Source: Patescibacteria group bacterium (lineage in GTDB: Bacteria; Patescibacteriota; Minisyncoccia; Phycocordibacterales; PALSA-1337). Taken from it: a DNA stretch of 64,000 nt. The stretch is from assembly GCA_024654575.1 (NCBI GenBank), contig JANLHG010000005.1, forward strand, positions 1,260 to 65,259. The letters run 5' to 3'. Made by a program: the position numbers and the translations under genes. This document shows positions 46,238-55,509 of this stretch, piece by piece; the first letter of the stretch is position 1; the number at the start of each line of letters is the position of its first letter. The notes below the pieces were generated by a model. It did no database searches, had not been told where the DNA came from, and worked only from the letters and a program-made list of their open reading frames with translations.

Positions 46238-47971
46238 CTATCTTTTCTTCAATAATTCAATACGAGATGATAACTCTTGACATTCCTCAAGAATTTTTAG
46301 TGCTTGTTCAGAATCTTTTTTCTTTTCTGCCGAAGCAAGTTCAAACATTTTTTTACCAAATAATTGTTTTAAATGTTCCAATTCAAAATTACACAAAAGT
46401 TCCTCAATTTCTTTTGTAAGATTTTTTTGATTTGAATAAGTTATTTCGGCTTGAAATATCATTTCGTTTTTTTCTGTCTCCAATATTTTTATATTTTCAA
46501 AAAAATCTTTTCCAAGCAAAGAAATTATTTTATTTTTAATTTCTTTTATGTCCAATGTTGGCTCTTTCATCTTTTCCTGCCAAAAAATTATACCTAGGAG
46601 TTTCCTATGTATAGAATTTTTGGGGCGATTATCTGCCCCGCCCGCTTGAGCGGGCGGGGCTATCATTTTCGGTATTTTTTTCAAATCTTCCCAAATAGCA
46701 TCTTCGCTAATCCCAGTTTTATTATGAATCGTTTTCACAAAATGTGATTGTTCCATATTACTTGATAAAACTGCAACGAGTGGAAGTACTTTTTCTTTTA
46801 TTCCTTTTGTTATTTTTAATTGGTCAGCTGTTTCTTTCACAATCCTATCTATATTAAAATCAATAATATTTTTTGAATTTTTGATAACATCTTTCCATTC
46901 AGTTGGATTAGCTAGTATAAAATCAGCGGGGTCTTTTCCTGATGGAACAGTAGCAATTTTAATATCCATTCCCAAAGAAAGTCCGATGATAGCTGACCGT
47001 TCGGTGGCATTAAGTCCAGCGTTATCAGCATCAAAAGCCAAAATCATATTATGAGAAAGTCGATTGATAATTCCAAGATTATTTACAGCATTTTCTCTCG
47101 TCATTAACGAATCAGTTAATGCCGTACCCGAAACCGCAACGGTATTTTTATAACCAGCTTGATGAGACATAATAAGGTCCATTTGCCCTTCCACTAAGAT
47201 TGAAAAATTTAATTTTCTAATATGACTTTTTGCCTTATCAATTCCATAAAGAACATTGCTCTTATTAAAAAGTTCAGTGTCTGGACTATTTAAATATTTA
47301 GCTGATTTGTCGTCATCAACTAAAATCCTACCAGAAAAAGCAATTACTCTTCCCCCACTATCCATAATAGGAAACATAATTCTGCCCCGAAAACGATCAT
47401 AATGGCCTGCCTGCGCAGGCGGGCCTTTTTCTGTTTTTTTAGTCAGTCCCACTTTTTCAATATCATTATCGCTATATCCCTTACTTCTCAAGTGGGTGTG
47501 TAATTTACGCCATTCATCTGGAATAAAACCAATTCTAAATTCTTTTATGGTTTTATCTACTAATCCGCGATTTTGAAGATATTTTTTTGCATCTGGATAA
47601 ATATTTAATAAACTTTCAAAAAACTTACATGCTTCTTCCATAATATTATAAAGCCGTTCTTTTTCTGTTTTAACCTGTGGATTTTCATGAATAATTTCCA
47701 CACCCGCCCGTCCTGCCAACATTTTCAAAGCCCCCATAAAATCCAACCCTTCAAAATTCTGCACGAATTCAAAAATATCACCTTTTGCTCCACATCCGAA
47801 ACAATAATAACTTCCCCGTTCAGGCGATACAAAAAAACTAGGAGTTTTCTCATTATGAAAAGGACATTTTCCTTTCAAATTCGCCCCCGCCCGCTCAAGT
47901 TTTATATATGATTCAACAACATCGACAATAGAAAGTCGCTGTTTTATTTGCTCTACGGTATTAGAAGCCAT
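46238..47971 (-). CDS. dnaG: DNA primase DnaG (contains two in-frame GC-rich palindromic insertions encoding PPAQAG)
   Basis: The Zn ribbon is CPFHNEKTPSFFVS…CFGCG. The Toprim region is ILVEGQMD…FDADNAG. Confidence 0.9.
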   Translation of the reverse strand: MASNTVEQIKQRLSIVDVVESYIKLERAGANLKGKCPFHNEKTPSFFVSPERGSYYCFGCGAKGDIFEFVQNFEGLDFMGALKMLAGRAGVEIIHENPQVKTEKERLYNIMEEACKFFESLLNIYPDAKKYLQNRGLVDKTIKEFRIGFIPDEWRKLHTHLRSKGYSDNDIEKVGLTKKTEKGPPAQAGHYDRFRGRIMFPIMDSGGRVIAFSGRILVDDDKSAKYLNSPDTELFNKSNVLYGIDKAKSHIRKLNFSILVEGQMDLIMSHQAGYKNTVAVSGTALTDSLMTRENAVNNLGIINRLSHNMILAFDADNAGLNATERSAIIGLSLGMDIKIATVPSGKDPADFILANPTEWKDVIKNSKNIIDFNIDRIVKETADQLKITKGIKEKVLPLVAVLSSNMEQSHFVKTIHNKTGISEDAIWEDLKKIPKMIAPPAQAGGADNRPKNSIHRKLLGIIFWQEKMKEPTLDIKEIKNKIISLLGKDFFENIKILETEKNEMIFQAEITYSNQKNLTKEIEELLCNFELEHLKQLFGKKMFELASAEKKKDSEQALKILEECQELSSRIELLKKR

Positions 47972-47995
47972 AGAGGTATTATACTCTTTTTTACT

Positions 47996-49459
47996 CTACT
48001 TCTCCAAATCTAAAATTTCATCAATACGGATTTGAGCGACAAATTCTGGAACATGGGAGACCAAAATCATTGCACCTTGATAGGTATTGAGTGCTTCAGC
48101 GATAATAGGCAAATGACGAAAATTAATATGATTAGTTGGTTCATCTAAAATAAGAAGTCCTGGTTTTTGGAGAACGAGACGAGCAAAAGCAACAAGACCT
48201 TTTTGCCCCTCAGATAATGCACCAATTTTGGTATTAATCATTTCGGAAGTTATTAAAAAATTTGCTGCAACCGCCCGAAATTCTTGTTCAATAATCCTTC
48301 CTTCAGTACTTTTTAAAACATCAACTAATGATTGATAAACAGTATCTTCAAAATTAAGTGTTGAAAAATCTTGACGATAATATCCGACGCGTATACCATC
48401 CGAGATAATAGCACCATCTGACTTTCCTTTTGCCAGTGCTTCAAGAAGAGTACTTTTACCAATACCATTTGGTCCTTTGATAAGTAAATGCTGATTTTTT
48501 CTTAAAGAAATACTAGTTTTTCTTATTGTTGGCTTATGATTTTTTATGACCTTAAAAGATTTAATATCAACAATAACCCCACCTAAATCTGGTTGAACTG
48601 ATATATTAAATGGTTTAATTGTCTTATCTTCTTTTCTTACATCCACCTTTTCCTCTTCCATTTCTATCGCTTTTTCACGCATACGTTTAGCAACGAGACG
48701 CATCTGCCCTCCTTTATTAGCGAAAAAGTTCGCCTTATCTTTATTCTCTTGAATTTCTTTTGCAAGTAATGCGTTTTTTCTATTTTCTTTATCAATTCGT
48801 GCCGAAATATCTTTGACCACATCAAAATAATTACCGACATATTGTTCAACCTTATGATTATACACATCTAAATATAGCACTCCATGTGTAAAAGAATTCA
48901 AAAAATCTGAATCGTGAGAAATCACAATCACCGTTTTTTTATAATCAATAAGAAATTGCGTAAGATGTTCAATTCCCGCCTTATCAAGATTATTTGTAGG
49001 TTCATCAAGAAGTAATAAATCAGGATCTTGAATTAATGCCGAGGCTAGTAAAAGTCTAGCCTGTTGTCCCCCAGAAAATGACCCTACAATTCTATCCAAA
49101 GGAACTTCAAGATTCACAACTTCAAGAATGGCGTTAATTCGTGGCTCAATATCATATTTTTTTTCAGAAAAACTTAATGCAAAAAATTCGAGCAAGTTTT
49201 TATCAAGTAAATCTCTAGGCATCACTTGCGATGTGAGTGCTACAGAAAATCCTTGAGCTATATTAATATTGCCAGACTCAGGTTTAACTTTTCCTGTAAT
49301 AAGTTTAAAAATAGTGCTTTTTCCGGCACCATTTTGTCCCATAAAAGTTATTTTACTTCCTTTACGTACACTAAAAGTAACCTCATCTAAAATGGGTTTA
49401 TTTGGACCATATTCAAAGGAAACTTTGTCAAATCTTAGGATGACTTCTTCTTTAGACAT
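47996..49459 (-). CDS. ABC-F family ATPase (tandem ABC domains, no TMD)
   Basis: Two Walker A motifs (GQNGAGKST and GPNGIGKST) and two LSGGQ signatures. Length is 487 aa. Confidence 0.85.
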   Translation of the reverse strand: MSKEEVILRFDKVSFEYGPNKPILDEVTFSVRKGSKITFMGQNGAGKSTIFKLITGKVKPESGNINIAQGFSVALTSQVMPRDLLDKNLLEFFALSFSEKKYDIEPRINAILEVVNLEVPLDRIVGSFSGGQQARLLLASALIQDPDLLLLDEPTNNLDKAGIEHLTQFLIDYKKTVIVISHDSDFLNSFTHGVLYLDVYNHKVEQYVGNYFDVVKDISARIDKENRKNALLAKEIQENKDKANFFANKGGQMRLVAKRMREKAIEMEEEKVDVRKEDKTIKPFNISVQPDLGGVIVDIKSFKVIKNHKPTIRKTSISLRKNQHLLIKGPNGIGKSTLLEALAKGKSDGAIISDGIRVGYYRQDFSTLNFEDTVYQSLVDVLKSTEGRIIEQEFRAVAANFLITSEMINTKIGALSEGQKGLVAFARLVLQKPGLLILDEPTNHINFRHLPIIAEALNTYQGAMILVSHVPEFVAQIRIDEILDLEK

Positions 49460-49499
49460 AGAATAAAAATAATACCTTATTTTTTGATATATGACAATA

Positions 49500-50885
49500 T
49501 TATTGCACTAAATACAAAGAAAGATCGTTTCCTTCATACAAAATTTTGGCCTGTAATTTTAATTGACTAGGTAAAATCAAATAGAATGGACGAGAGGTAA
49601 TTTTTTCGTCATAAGCTTGAGGTCTTCTACCACCACTATAGTAAGCAATAGTATCCCAGTAAGCGTGCATATGGATATAAATTGGCGTTGATGTGGAATT
49701 TTTATTCATAATTTCTCCCATACTTTTTTCTTGTTGAGCTAAATTTAAGCTTTGAGCAAAATAATTATTACCGAAACCAAAAGAAATATAAATTGTTACG
49801 ATAAAGGAAAAAATAAAGATTAGAGAATAAGTAAAAATAACAAAATCTTTATGTTTCAGATAAAACTTTTCAACAAAAGAAAGAAATGAATCAAATGATA
49901 ACGCAATAAAAATAGCAACGAAAGGATAAATTGGAATAAAATAATAAAGTAATTTTGTACTTGAAATAAAAAATACAAATGAAAGACAAATTATAATTGA
50001 TAGAAACAAAAGATGAACACGAAACATTTGCTTATATTTTTTCATAGCAATAAATATTCCAATCAGACACACGAAAAAAATAATAAACCACGGCTCATAA
50101 TAATTGATGAGATTCATTACATAAACAGCGTTAGTAGAAACACCTCCTAAAATATTTTCCTGAATTCTAACAAAAATAAATTTCATTATATAAAGGTTTG
50201 AAAATTCAATCGGATATTTTAACCATTCATAAATGTGCCACGGTAATCCAATAATTCCACCGAGTAATAAACCAAAATAAAAATTTCTATCTCGTAAATA
50301 ATTCCATTTTTTAAAAAATAAACTACAGAGAATGATAGCTGGGATGGAAAAAAATCCGATAACGCTTTTTGTCATAATCCCTAAACCTATTCCAACACCA
50401 ATTCCCATAAACCAACGTGGTTGTCTCAGACCTCTCAAAAAAGAATAAAATGAAAACAAAATAAATGCCGTTACTGGAACATCTAATCGTAATTGTCGTC
50501 CTGCTTCTAAAAACAATCCGGTAGTCAACAATATCAACATTGAAAGAATGGCTACACGCTTTTTACCTGTTATTTCATAAGCACATCCATAAACTAAAAT
50601 AAGGCAAAAAATCAACAATAATGAAGAAGGGAAACGCAAAATAAATTCACTAAAACCAAAAATCTTTACAAGTACTGTATCCATCCAAAATATCAAGGGT
50701 GGCTTATCAAACCAATTATTTCCACTCTGAGTTAGAGTAATATAATTTCCATTTTGGACACTTTCCTTAACCACTTGTGCATAAAATGCTTCATCATTAT
50801 CAATCAAAGGGTTATGTCCAAGCATAAAAAATGCCAAAAAACTTCCCAAAATTAAAATTACAAAAAATATTGAATTATATTTCAT
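49500..50885 (-). CDS. GT-C glycosyltransferase (family 39, ArnT/PMT-like)
   Basis: DNDEAFYAQVVKESVQNGNYITL…WFDKPPLIFW forms the DE…KPPL loop. Polytopic membrane topology. Confidence 0.7.
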   Translation of the reverse strand: MKYNSIFFVILILGSFLAFFMLGHNPLIDNDEAFYAQVVKESVQNGNYITLTQSGNNWFDKPPLIFWMDTVLVKIFGFSEFILRFPSSLLLIFCLILVYGCAYEITGKKRVAILSMLILLTTGLFLEAGRQLRLDVPVTAFILFSFYSFLRGLRQPRWFMGIGVGIGLGIMTKSVIGFFSIPAIILCSLFFKKWNYLRDRNFYFGLLLGGIIGLPWHIYEWLKYPIEFSNLYIMKFIFVRIQENILGGVSTNAVYVMNLINYYEPWFIIFFVCLIGIFIAMKKYKQMFRVHLLFLSIIICLSFVFFISSTKLLYYFIPIYPFVAIFIALSFDSFLSFVEKFYLKHKDFVIFTYSLIFIFSFIVTIYISFGFGNNYFAQSLNLAQQEKSMGEIMNKNSTSTPIYIHMHAYWDTIAYYSGGRRPQAYDEKITSRPFYLILPSQLKLQAKILYEGNDLSLYLVQ

Positions 50886-50912
50886 ATAAAACAGTATAAA
50901 TCTTATTCACCA

Positions 50913-50942
50913 AAATAAAAACTCCCTTTCGGGAGTTTTTAT
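50913..50942. terminator. Bidirectional Rho-independent terminator
   Basis: aaaactccc-tttc-gggagtttt is flanked by A and T runs. Confidence 0.6.
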
Positions 50943-50945
50943 TTA

Positions 50946-51020
50946 CTATCGTCGTCGCTTTGAAGTTTTCTTCTTAGCTGTTTTTTTTGTTTTCTTTACT
51001 GCTTTCTTTTTCTTTTTCAT
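50946..51020 (-). CDS. Candidate tiny poly-lysine peptide gene (24 aa: MKKKKKAVKKTKKTAKKKTSKRRR)
   Basis: Its own terminator lies immediately downstream and an AT-rich promoter-like region lies upstream. The ORF track's longer 65-aa version adds an unlikely hydrophobic N-extension. Confidence 0.25.
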   Translation of the reverse strand: MKKKKKAVKKTKKTAKKKTSKRRR

Positions 51021-51204
51021 AATATTGGAGTGACTGACAAAAAATATTATTTTTAATAAAAAGTATATAATAATTTTTCGACAAAAAAATATTACATTGA
51101 CTATTATCATTATGATGTATGTGTAAAATAAAAACAATACCAAAAAATAAAAAACTGTGTATAACTTTTTTATTTTTTAAAAAAGAAAATTAAATATTTT
51201 TGAA

Positions 51205-51238
51205 ATAAAAAATTGCGGAATTTATTCCGCAATTTTGT
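51205..51238 (-). terminator. Rho-independent terminator downstream of pyrE
   Basis: attgcggaa-tttatt-ccgcaat with a T-run on the minus strand. Confidence 0.6.
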
Positions 51239-51258
51239 GAAGATGTTTTTTCACTGCA

Positions 51259-51876
51259 TTATGCAATGATGTATTTCATCACCTCATCTCTCGTTTCTGA
51301 AGTGATTTTTTTCTTACCGACAAAGAACTCCAATGTTTCGCTGAGCTTGGCGACAGCGATAACCATTCGATCTTTATTTAACTCAATAAGCCCACCTTGT
51401 TCCCGATCGTACAAAACGAGGGTGGCGACTACTTCCAATCCATTCGCTTCGACTGATTTGATGGCTTCGCGTTTGGTATCGGCTTTGGTGATGAGGTCGT
51501 CAATCAACACAACTTTTTTACCTTTTTCAAAAGGATCTAAAATTGTGGAAGTGATATGACGACCTTCCTCATTCTCAACCTTTTGGATACGCAAATGAGG
51601 TTTACTTACAGCTTTGGCAAACGCTTTACCAATCGGCTCGCCGGCGTTGGGGATACCAATGACATAATCGAAGTCAGTAATTCTTTCCTGAACAACAAGG
51701 TCATGCAGAATATCTCCAGCTAAAGCGTAGAGCCATTCTGGCAATTCTCTGATGTTGAGATAAATCGGCGACAGTGGTGCCGTCGGATTTTTCTCGTGCA
51801 ATTTCAATCTGAAAGCACCGAACTTGATCTTTGCCAAATTGAGAAGACTCATATGGAGATACTCTTTTGCTTGCAT
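51259..51876 (-). CDS. pyrE: Orotate phosphoribosyltransferase
   Basis: The N-terminus is FGAFRLKLHEKNPTAPLSPIYLNIRE. The PRPP-binding motif is KKVVLIDDLITKADT. Length is 205 aa. GC is intermediate, about 45%. Confidence 0.75.
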   Translation of the reverse strand: MQAKEYLHMSLLNLAKIKFGAFRLKLHEKNPTAPLSPIYLNIRELPEWLYALAGDILHDLVVQERITDFDYVIGIPNAGEPIGKAFAKAVSKPHLRIQKVENEEGRHITSTILDPFEKGKKVVLIDDLITKADTKREAIKSVEANGLEVVATLVLYDREQGGLIELNKDRMVIAVAKLSETLEFFVGKKKITSETRDEVMKYIIA

Positions 51877-52021
51877 AATCCTTTGTCAATTTTGAATACG
51901 AATTTACATCGCATTCTATATATCAGAATAGGTCTGACATACTCTGCTGTAATATTTACATGAAGATTACTATATAGTCAAATCTGTGACCCCATAGGCA
52001 AGACCTATGGGGTAGAATTTG

Positions 52022-52092
52022 TTGCCGGACTTGGATTCGAACCAAGATAACATCCTCCAGAGGGATGTGGCCTACCATTAGCCGATCCGGCA
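52022..52092 (-). tRNA. tRNA-Gln (anticodon CTG)
   Basis: The minus-strand cloverleaf has acceptor TGCCGGA/TCCGGCA, anticodon stem CATCC/GGATG with loop CTCTGGA, and T arm CTTGG-TTCGAAT-CCAAG. A palindromic hairpin (ccccatagg…cctatgggg) lies downstream. Confidence 0.8.
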
Positions 52093-52124
52093 ATGCATCT
52101 CAAAGAATACAAGAAAAATAGTGA

Positions 52125-52931
52125 TTATTCAAGTTTTGTACGGACTATTTTTAGAGCTAGCGATGGAACTTTTATTTTTTCTCCCAAAGAATTCGCAATA
52201 CTGCGAACATATGTCCCACTTGAACAAAAAACTTTAACTTCCGCGACATCAAAATATTCTCTCTTGGTATTTTCAAAAAATTTATTCCATAGTTTAATGA
52301 TCTCTTTTTGTCTAAAATCTCCTTTGACTAAAGAAATTTTTTGCAAAATAAGGTTCTTCAATTTTTCTTTAGTTACTTTAGAAAAAGATATTAATGAGAT
52401 TTTATAGATTTCCACTTCCCTCTCTGGTATTTTTATTTCATTTATTTTTCCTTCACGGGACCACTGAAAAAGCGATTTACCATTTACAGTTTTAGAAGAA
52501 TACGGAGGATATTTTTGTAAAATTATTCCCTTTAGTTCCAATAATAGTTTTTTGATATTTGGTTTAATTTGTTCAAAATCATATTGCACATCTTTGTCAT
52601 CAATAATTTTACCTAAAATATCATAAGTGTCTGTTCTGATTCCAAAAAGTATTTCAAAAACATATTCTTTTTTATAATTCAAATAGATTTTTCTATTTTT
52701 ATTTTCCTCACCAACCAAAACCAAAAGTACCCCTTCTGCCACCGGGTCAAGTCGTCCAGCATAGCTCATTTTGACATTTTCATATTCTGGATTTTCCTTC
52801 TTGAATCTATTGATACACTCAAGCGGTGTTTCCCCAATTTCTTTGTGTAAATTAAGGACATTTAACATATATAATACTATGCTATAATTTATTATCATGA
52901 ATATCAACAAATTAAGCACGGAACCATACAA
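52125..52931 (-). CDS. truB: tRNA pseudouridine(55) synthase TruB-like
   Basis: SYAGRLDPVAEGVLLVLVGE follows the TruB catalytic-Asp motif (GTLDPxAxGVL). The likely start is the MLNVLNL Met at about 52871. Confidence 0.75.
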   Translation of the reverse strand: MYGSVLNLLIFMIINYSIVLYMLNVLNLHKEIGETPLECINRFKKENPEYENVKMSYAGRLDPVAEGVLLVLVGEENKNRKIYLNYKKEYVFEILFGIRTDTYDILGKIIDDKDVQYDFEQIKPNIKKLLLELKGIILQKYPPYSSKTVNGKSLFQWSREGKINEIKIPEREVEIYKISLISFSKVTKEKLKNLILQKISLVKGDFRQKEIIKLWNKFFENTKREYFDVAEVKVFCSSGTYVRSIANSLGEKIKVPSLALKIVRTKLE

Positions 52932-53805
52932 AGGTGTTAGGGATTTCTATCCTGAAGATATGGCGGTGCAAAATTATATTTTTAATACTTGGAGAAAAGT
53001 ATCAGAAAAATTTGAGTATAAAGAGTACACTGCTTCTATTCTTGAATATGCAGACCTCTATAGAAGTAAAGGAAATGATGAGATAGTAAACGACCAAATG
53101 TATGTTTTCAAAGATAAGGGAGACCGAGAGGTTGCACTTCGTCCAGAAATGACACCGACACTTGCACGAATGGTTGCAACACAACGAAAATCTCTAAAGT
53201 TTCCATTACGTTGGTATTCTATTCCAAATGTTTTTCGTTATGAACGTCCTCAACGCGGTCGCAAGCGAGAACACTGGCAACTAAACTGCGACCTTATGGG
53301 TATTGTAGATAATGACCCTATCAATGCCGAAGTGGAAATAATTTCTCTATCGCATGCGATTATGAAAGAATTTGGAGCAAAAGAAATTGATTTTGTTATT
53401 AAAATAAATAATAGGTTTGCGATGGAAACAGCACTATCAGCACAAGGAATGAGTCAAGAAGATATTCTTGCTTCATATCGTCAGTGGGATAAAGAAGGAG
53501 TACCTGAAGATAAAAAAAAGTTGTGGGCATCTGCTACTGACACATTATTAAAATCTCTAAAAGAAAAAGGAATAACAAATGCAGAGTTTGACGCAAACAT
53601 TGTGCGTGGTTTTGATTATTATACTGGAATGGTTTTTGAGGTTTTTGATACCAATCCAGAAAATCGTCGTTCGCTTTTTGGTGGCGGACGTTATGATAAT
53701 CTTTTAGAAATGTTTGGAGTAGAACCGATACCGACAGTTGGTTTTGGTATGGGAGATGTGACTATCAAAGATTTTTTAATTACCCACAATTTACCAACCG
53801 CTTGA
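52897..53805 (+). CDS. hisS: Histidyl-tRNA synthetase-like catalytic domain only (302 aa; no anticodon-binding domain)
   Basis: The N-terminal motif-1 region matches HisRS, and GGGRYDNLLEMFG is motif 3. The ORF terminates where the HGTP_anticodon domain would begin. Confidence 0.65.
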   Translation: MNINKLSTEPYKGVRDFYPEDMAVQNYIFNTWRKVSEKFEYKEYTASILEYADLYRSKGNDEIVNDQMYVFKDKGDREVALRPEMTPTLARMVATQRKSLKFPLRWYSIPNVFRYERPQRGRKREHWQLNCDLMGIVDNDPINAEVEIISLSHAIMKEFGAKEIDFVIKINNRFAMETALSAQGMSQEDILASYRQWDKEGVPEDKKKLWASATDTLLKSLKEKGITNAEFDANIVRGFDYYTGMVFEVFDTNPENRRSLFGGGRYDNLLEMFGVEPIPTVGFGMGDVTIKDFLITHNLPTA

Positions 53806-54386
53806 ATAAAATGAATAAAATCGTATTTGATATAGAAACACAAAACACTTTTCAGGAAGCAGGTTCGAGTGACCCAGCCGACCTTTCTATTTCATTGGTA
53901 GGAATATATGATTACACAACGGATAAATATGACTCCTTTCTAGAGAACGAATTAACACGACTTTGGCCAATTTTAGAAAAAGCTGATATGTTAATCGGTT
54001 ATAACAGTGATCATTTTGACATTCCACTACTTAATAAATATTATCCAGGAGATTTAACTAAAATAAAAAGTTTGGACTTACTAAAAGAAATAAAAAATTC
54101 TTTTGGACGACGAGTTAAACTTGATTCTGTAGCTCTCGGCACTTTTAATAAAGGTAAAATAGGACATGGACTTGAAGCAATAACTTGGTGGAAAAATGGA
54201 GAAATAGATAACATAAGAAAATACTGTCTTGAAGATGTAAAAATCACAAAAGAACTCTACGAATACGCGGTCAAAAATAATTCTGTCAAATGTCGAGAAG
54301 GTCAAAAAGATTTTGAGATAAAATTAGATACAAATAACTGGCATGACAAAACCGCTAGTGCTATGACCTTTACATTGCCTTTTTAG
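53802..54386 (+). CDS. DEDDh 3'-5' exonuclease (DnaQ/RNase T-like)
   Basis: IVFDIETQN is Exo I. YNSDHFDIPLL (H…D) is Exo III. Length is 194 aa. Its start overlaps the hisS-like stop. Confidence 0.65.
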   Translation: MNKMNKIVFDIETQNTFQEAGSSDPADLSISLVGIYDYTTDKYDSFLENELTRLWPILEKADMLIGYNSDHFDIPLLNKYYPGDLTKIKSLDLLKEIKNSFGRRVKLDSVALGTFNKGKIGHGLEAITWWKNGEIDNIRKYCLEDVKITKELYEYAVKNNSVKCREGQKDFEIKLDTNNWHDKTASAMTFTLPF

Positions 54387-54426
54387 CTATTATTGTTTAC
54401 TATTCATTATAGAAAGGAAACAGCTT

Positions 54427-54651
54427 ATGCCATTAAATAAAAATGAGGCACGGGCTATCGGACTAAGGGTTAAGCGAATCGAAGGAGAAGGAGAACAAGA
54501 AATCGATGTTGGTAGAATTGGAACTATCCTATCACCAAACGGATATAATGTCGTTAGTGGAAGTATAACAGTAAAGTATGATTCTACTGATTTACTCCCA
54601 GAAAAAACTGATGACTGTTGTTCATTCTTCGAATTTGAAAAAGTGCCGTAA
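54427..54651 (+). CDS. Hypothetical small protein (74 aa)
   Basis: The ORF has an SD-like ggaaa and is followed by a terminator. Confidence 0.35.
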   Translation: MPLNKNEARAIGLRVKRIEGEGEQEIDVGRIGTILSPNGYNVVSGSITVKYDSTDLLPEKTDDCCSFFEFEKVP

Positions 54652-54682
54652 AAGGCAGTATCTCTTACTGCCTTTTATCTAT
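54652..54682 (+). terminator. Rho-independent terminator
   Basis: aaggcagta-tctct-tactgcctt followed by ttatct. Confidence 0.6.
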
Positions 54683-54717
54683 GATATAATATGTGAATAT
54701 TATTTAAGAATATATAA

Positions 54718-55440
54718 ATGGAAAAAGAAAATAATTTAATTACTATTCCGAGTGCAATTTTAATTGCTGGAATTATTATAGGAGGAGCTGTTATCTACAC
54801 CAAAGGAATGCCTGTAGAAAAAATAATATCGCAAAGTACATCTGCAATAAAAAGTTCTTCAATAAATATAGACCCTGTAACTGAGAACGACCATATTCGG
54901 GGAACACCTGATGCTCCAATTGTAATTGTGGAATTTTCAGATTTAGAATGTCCATTTTGTAAATCATTTCATTTGACGATGCAAAAAATTATGAATGAAT
55001 ATGGAAAAAGCGGAAAAGTCGCTTGGGTCTATAGACACTTCCCTCTTTCTATACATCCAAAAGCTCAAAAAGAAGCTTTGGCATCTGAATGTGCTTACGA
55101 ACAAGGTGGTAATGAAAAATTTTGGCAATATGTTGATAATATTTTTTCTATTACTCCATCAAACAATCAACTTGACCCTCTTCAATTACCGATAATCGCA
55201 AAAAACATAGGACTTGATGTTGAAAAATTTAATATCTGTTTTAATAGTGAAAAGTATGATGAAAAAATCCAAAAAAATTATCAAGATGGTATTCGTGTGG
55301 GTATTGGTTCTATTCCAGAAACAGGCACACCATACAGCGTGGTAATAGATAAAAAAGGTAACAAAGTACCTATCAACGGCGCTCAACCTTATGAATCGGT
55401 CAAGCAATTAATTGACGCGATACTAGCAGGTAGTAATTAA
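54718..55440 (+). CDS. DsbA-like thioredoxin-fold thiol:disulfide oxidoreductase, membrane-anchored
   Basis: An N-terminal TM segment is followed by FSDLECPFCKSFH, which carries the CPFC active site. Confidence 0.75.
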   Translation: MEKENNLITIPSAILIAGIIIGGAVIYTKGMPVEKIISQSTSAIKSSSINIDPVTENDHIRGTPDAPIVIVEFSDLECPFCKSFHLTMQKIMNEYGKSGKVAWVYRHFPLSIHPKAQKEALASECAYEQGGNEKFWQYVDNIFSITPSNNQLDPLQLPIIAKNIGLDVEKFNICFNSEKYDEKIQKNYQDGIRVGIGSIPETGTPYSVVIDKKGNKVPINGAQPYESVKQLIDAILAGSN

Positions 55441-55475
55441 ACAATTAAAATATTTAAAAAAATAAAATTTTGTTC

Positions 55476-55509
55476 CACTAACTTGCAACGACCGCACATA
55501 GTTAGTGGA
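55476..55509. repeat. 34-bp palindromic repeat, copy A: CCACTAACT-TGCAACGACCGCACAT-AGTTAGTGG
   Basis: It contains the stop codon of the enclosed gene. A second copy lies at 56066-56098. Confidence 0.65.

Noticed and set aside
50946-51143. The 65-aa version of the poly-Lys ORF from the ORF track
   Set aside because: Its N-terminal 40 residues are an Ile/Phe-rich translation of AT-rich spacer with no RBS. Only the terminal 24-aa Lys-rich segment starting at the internal ATG looks gene-like.
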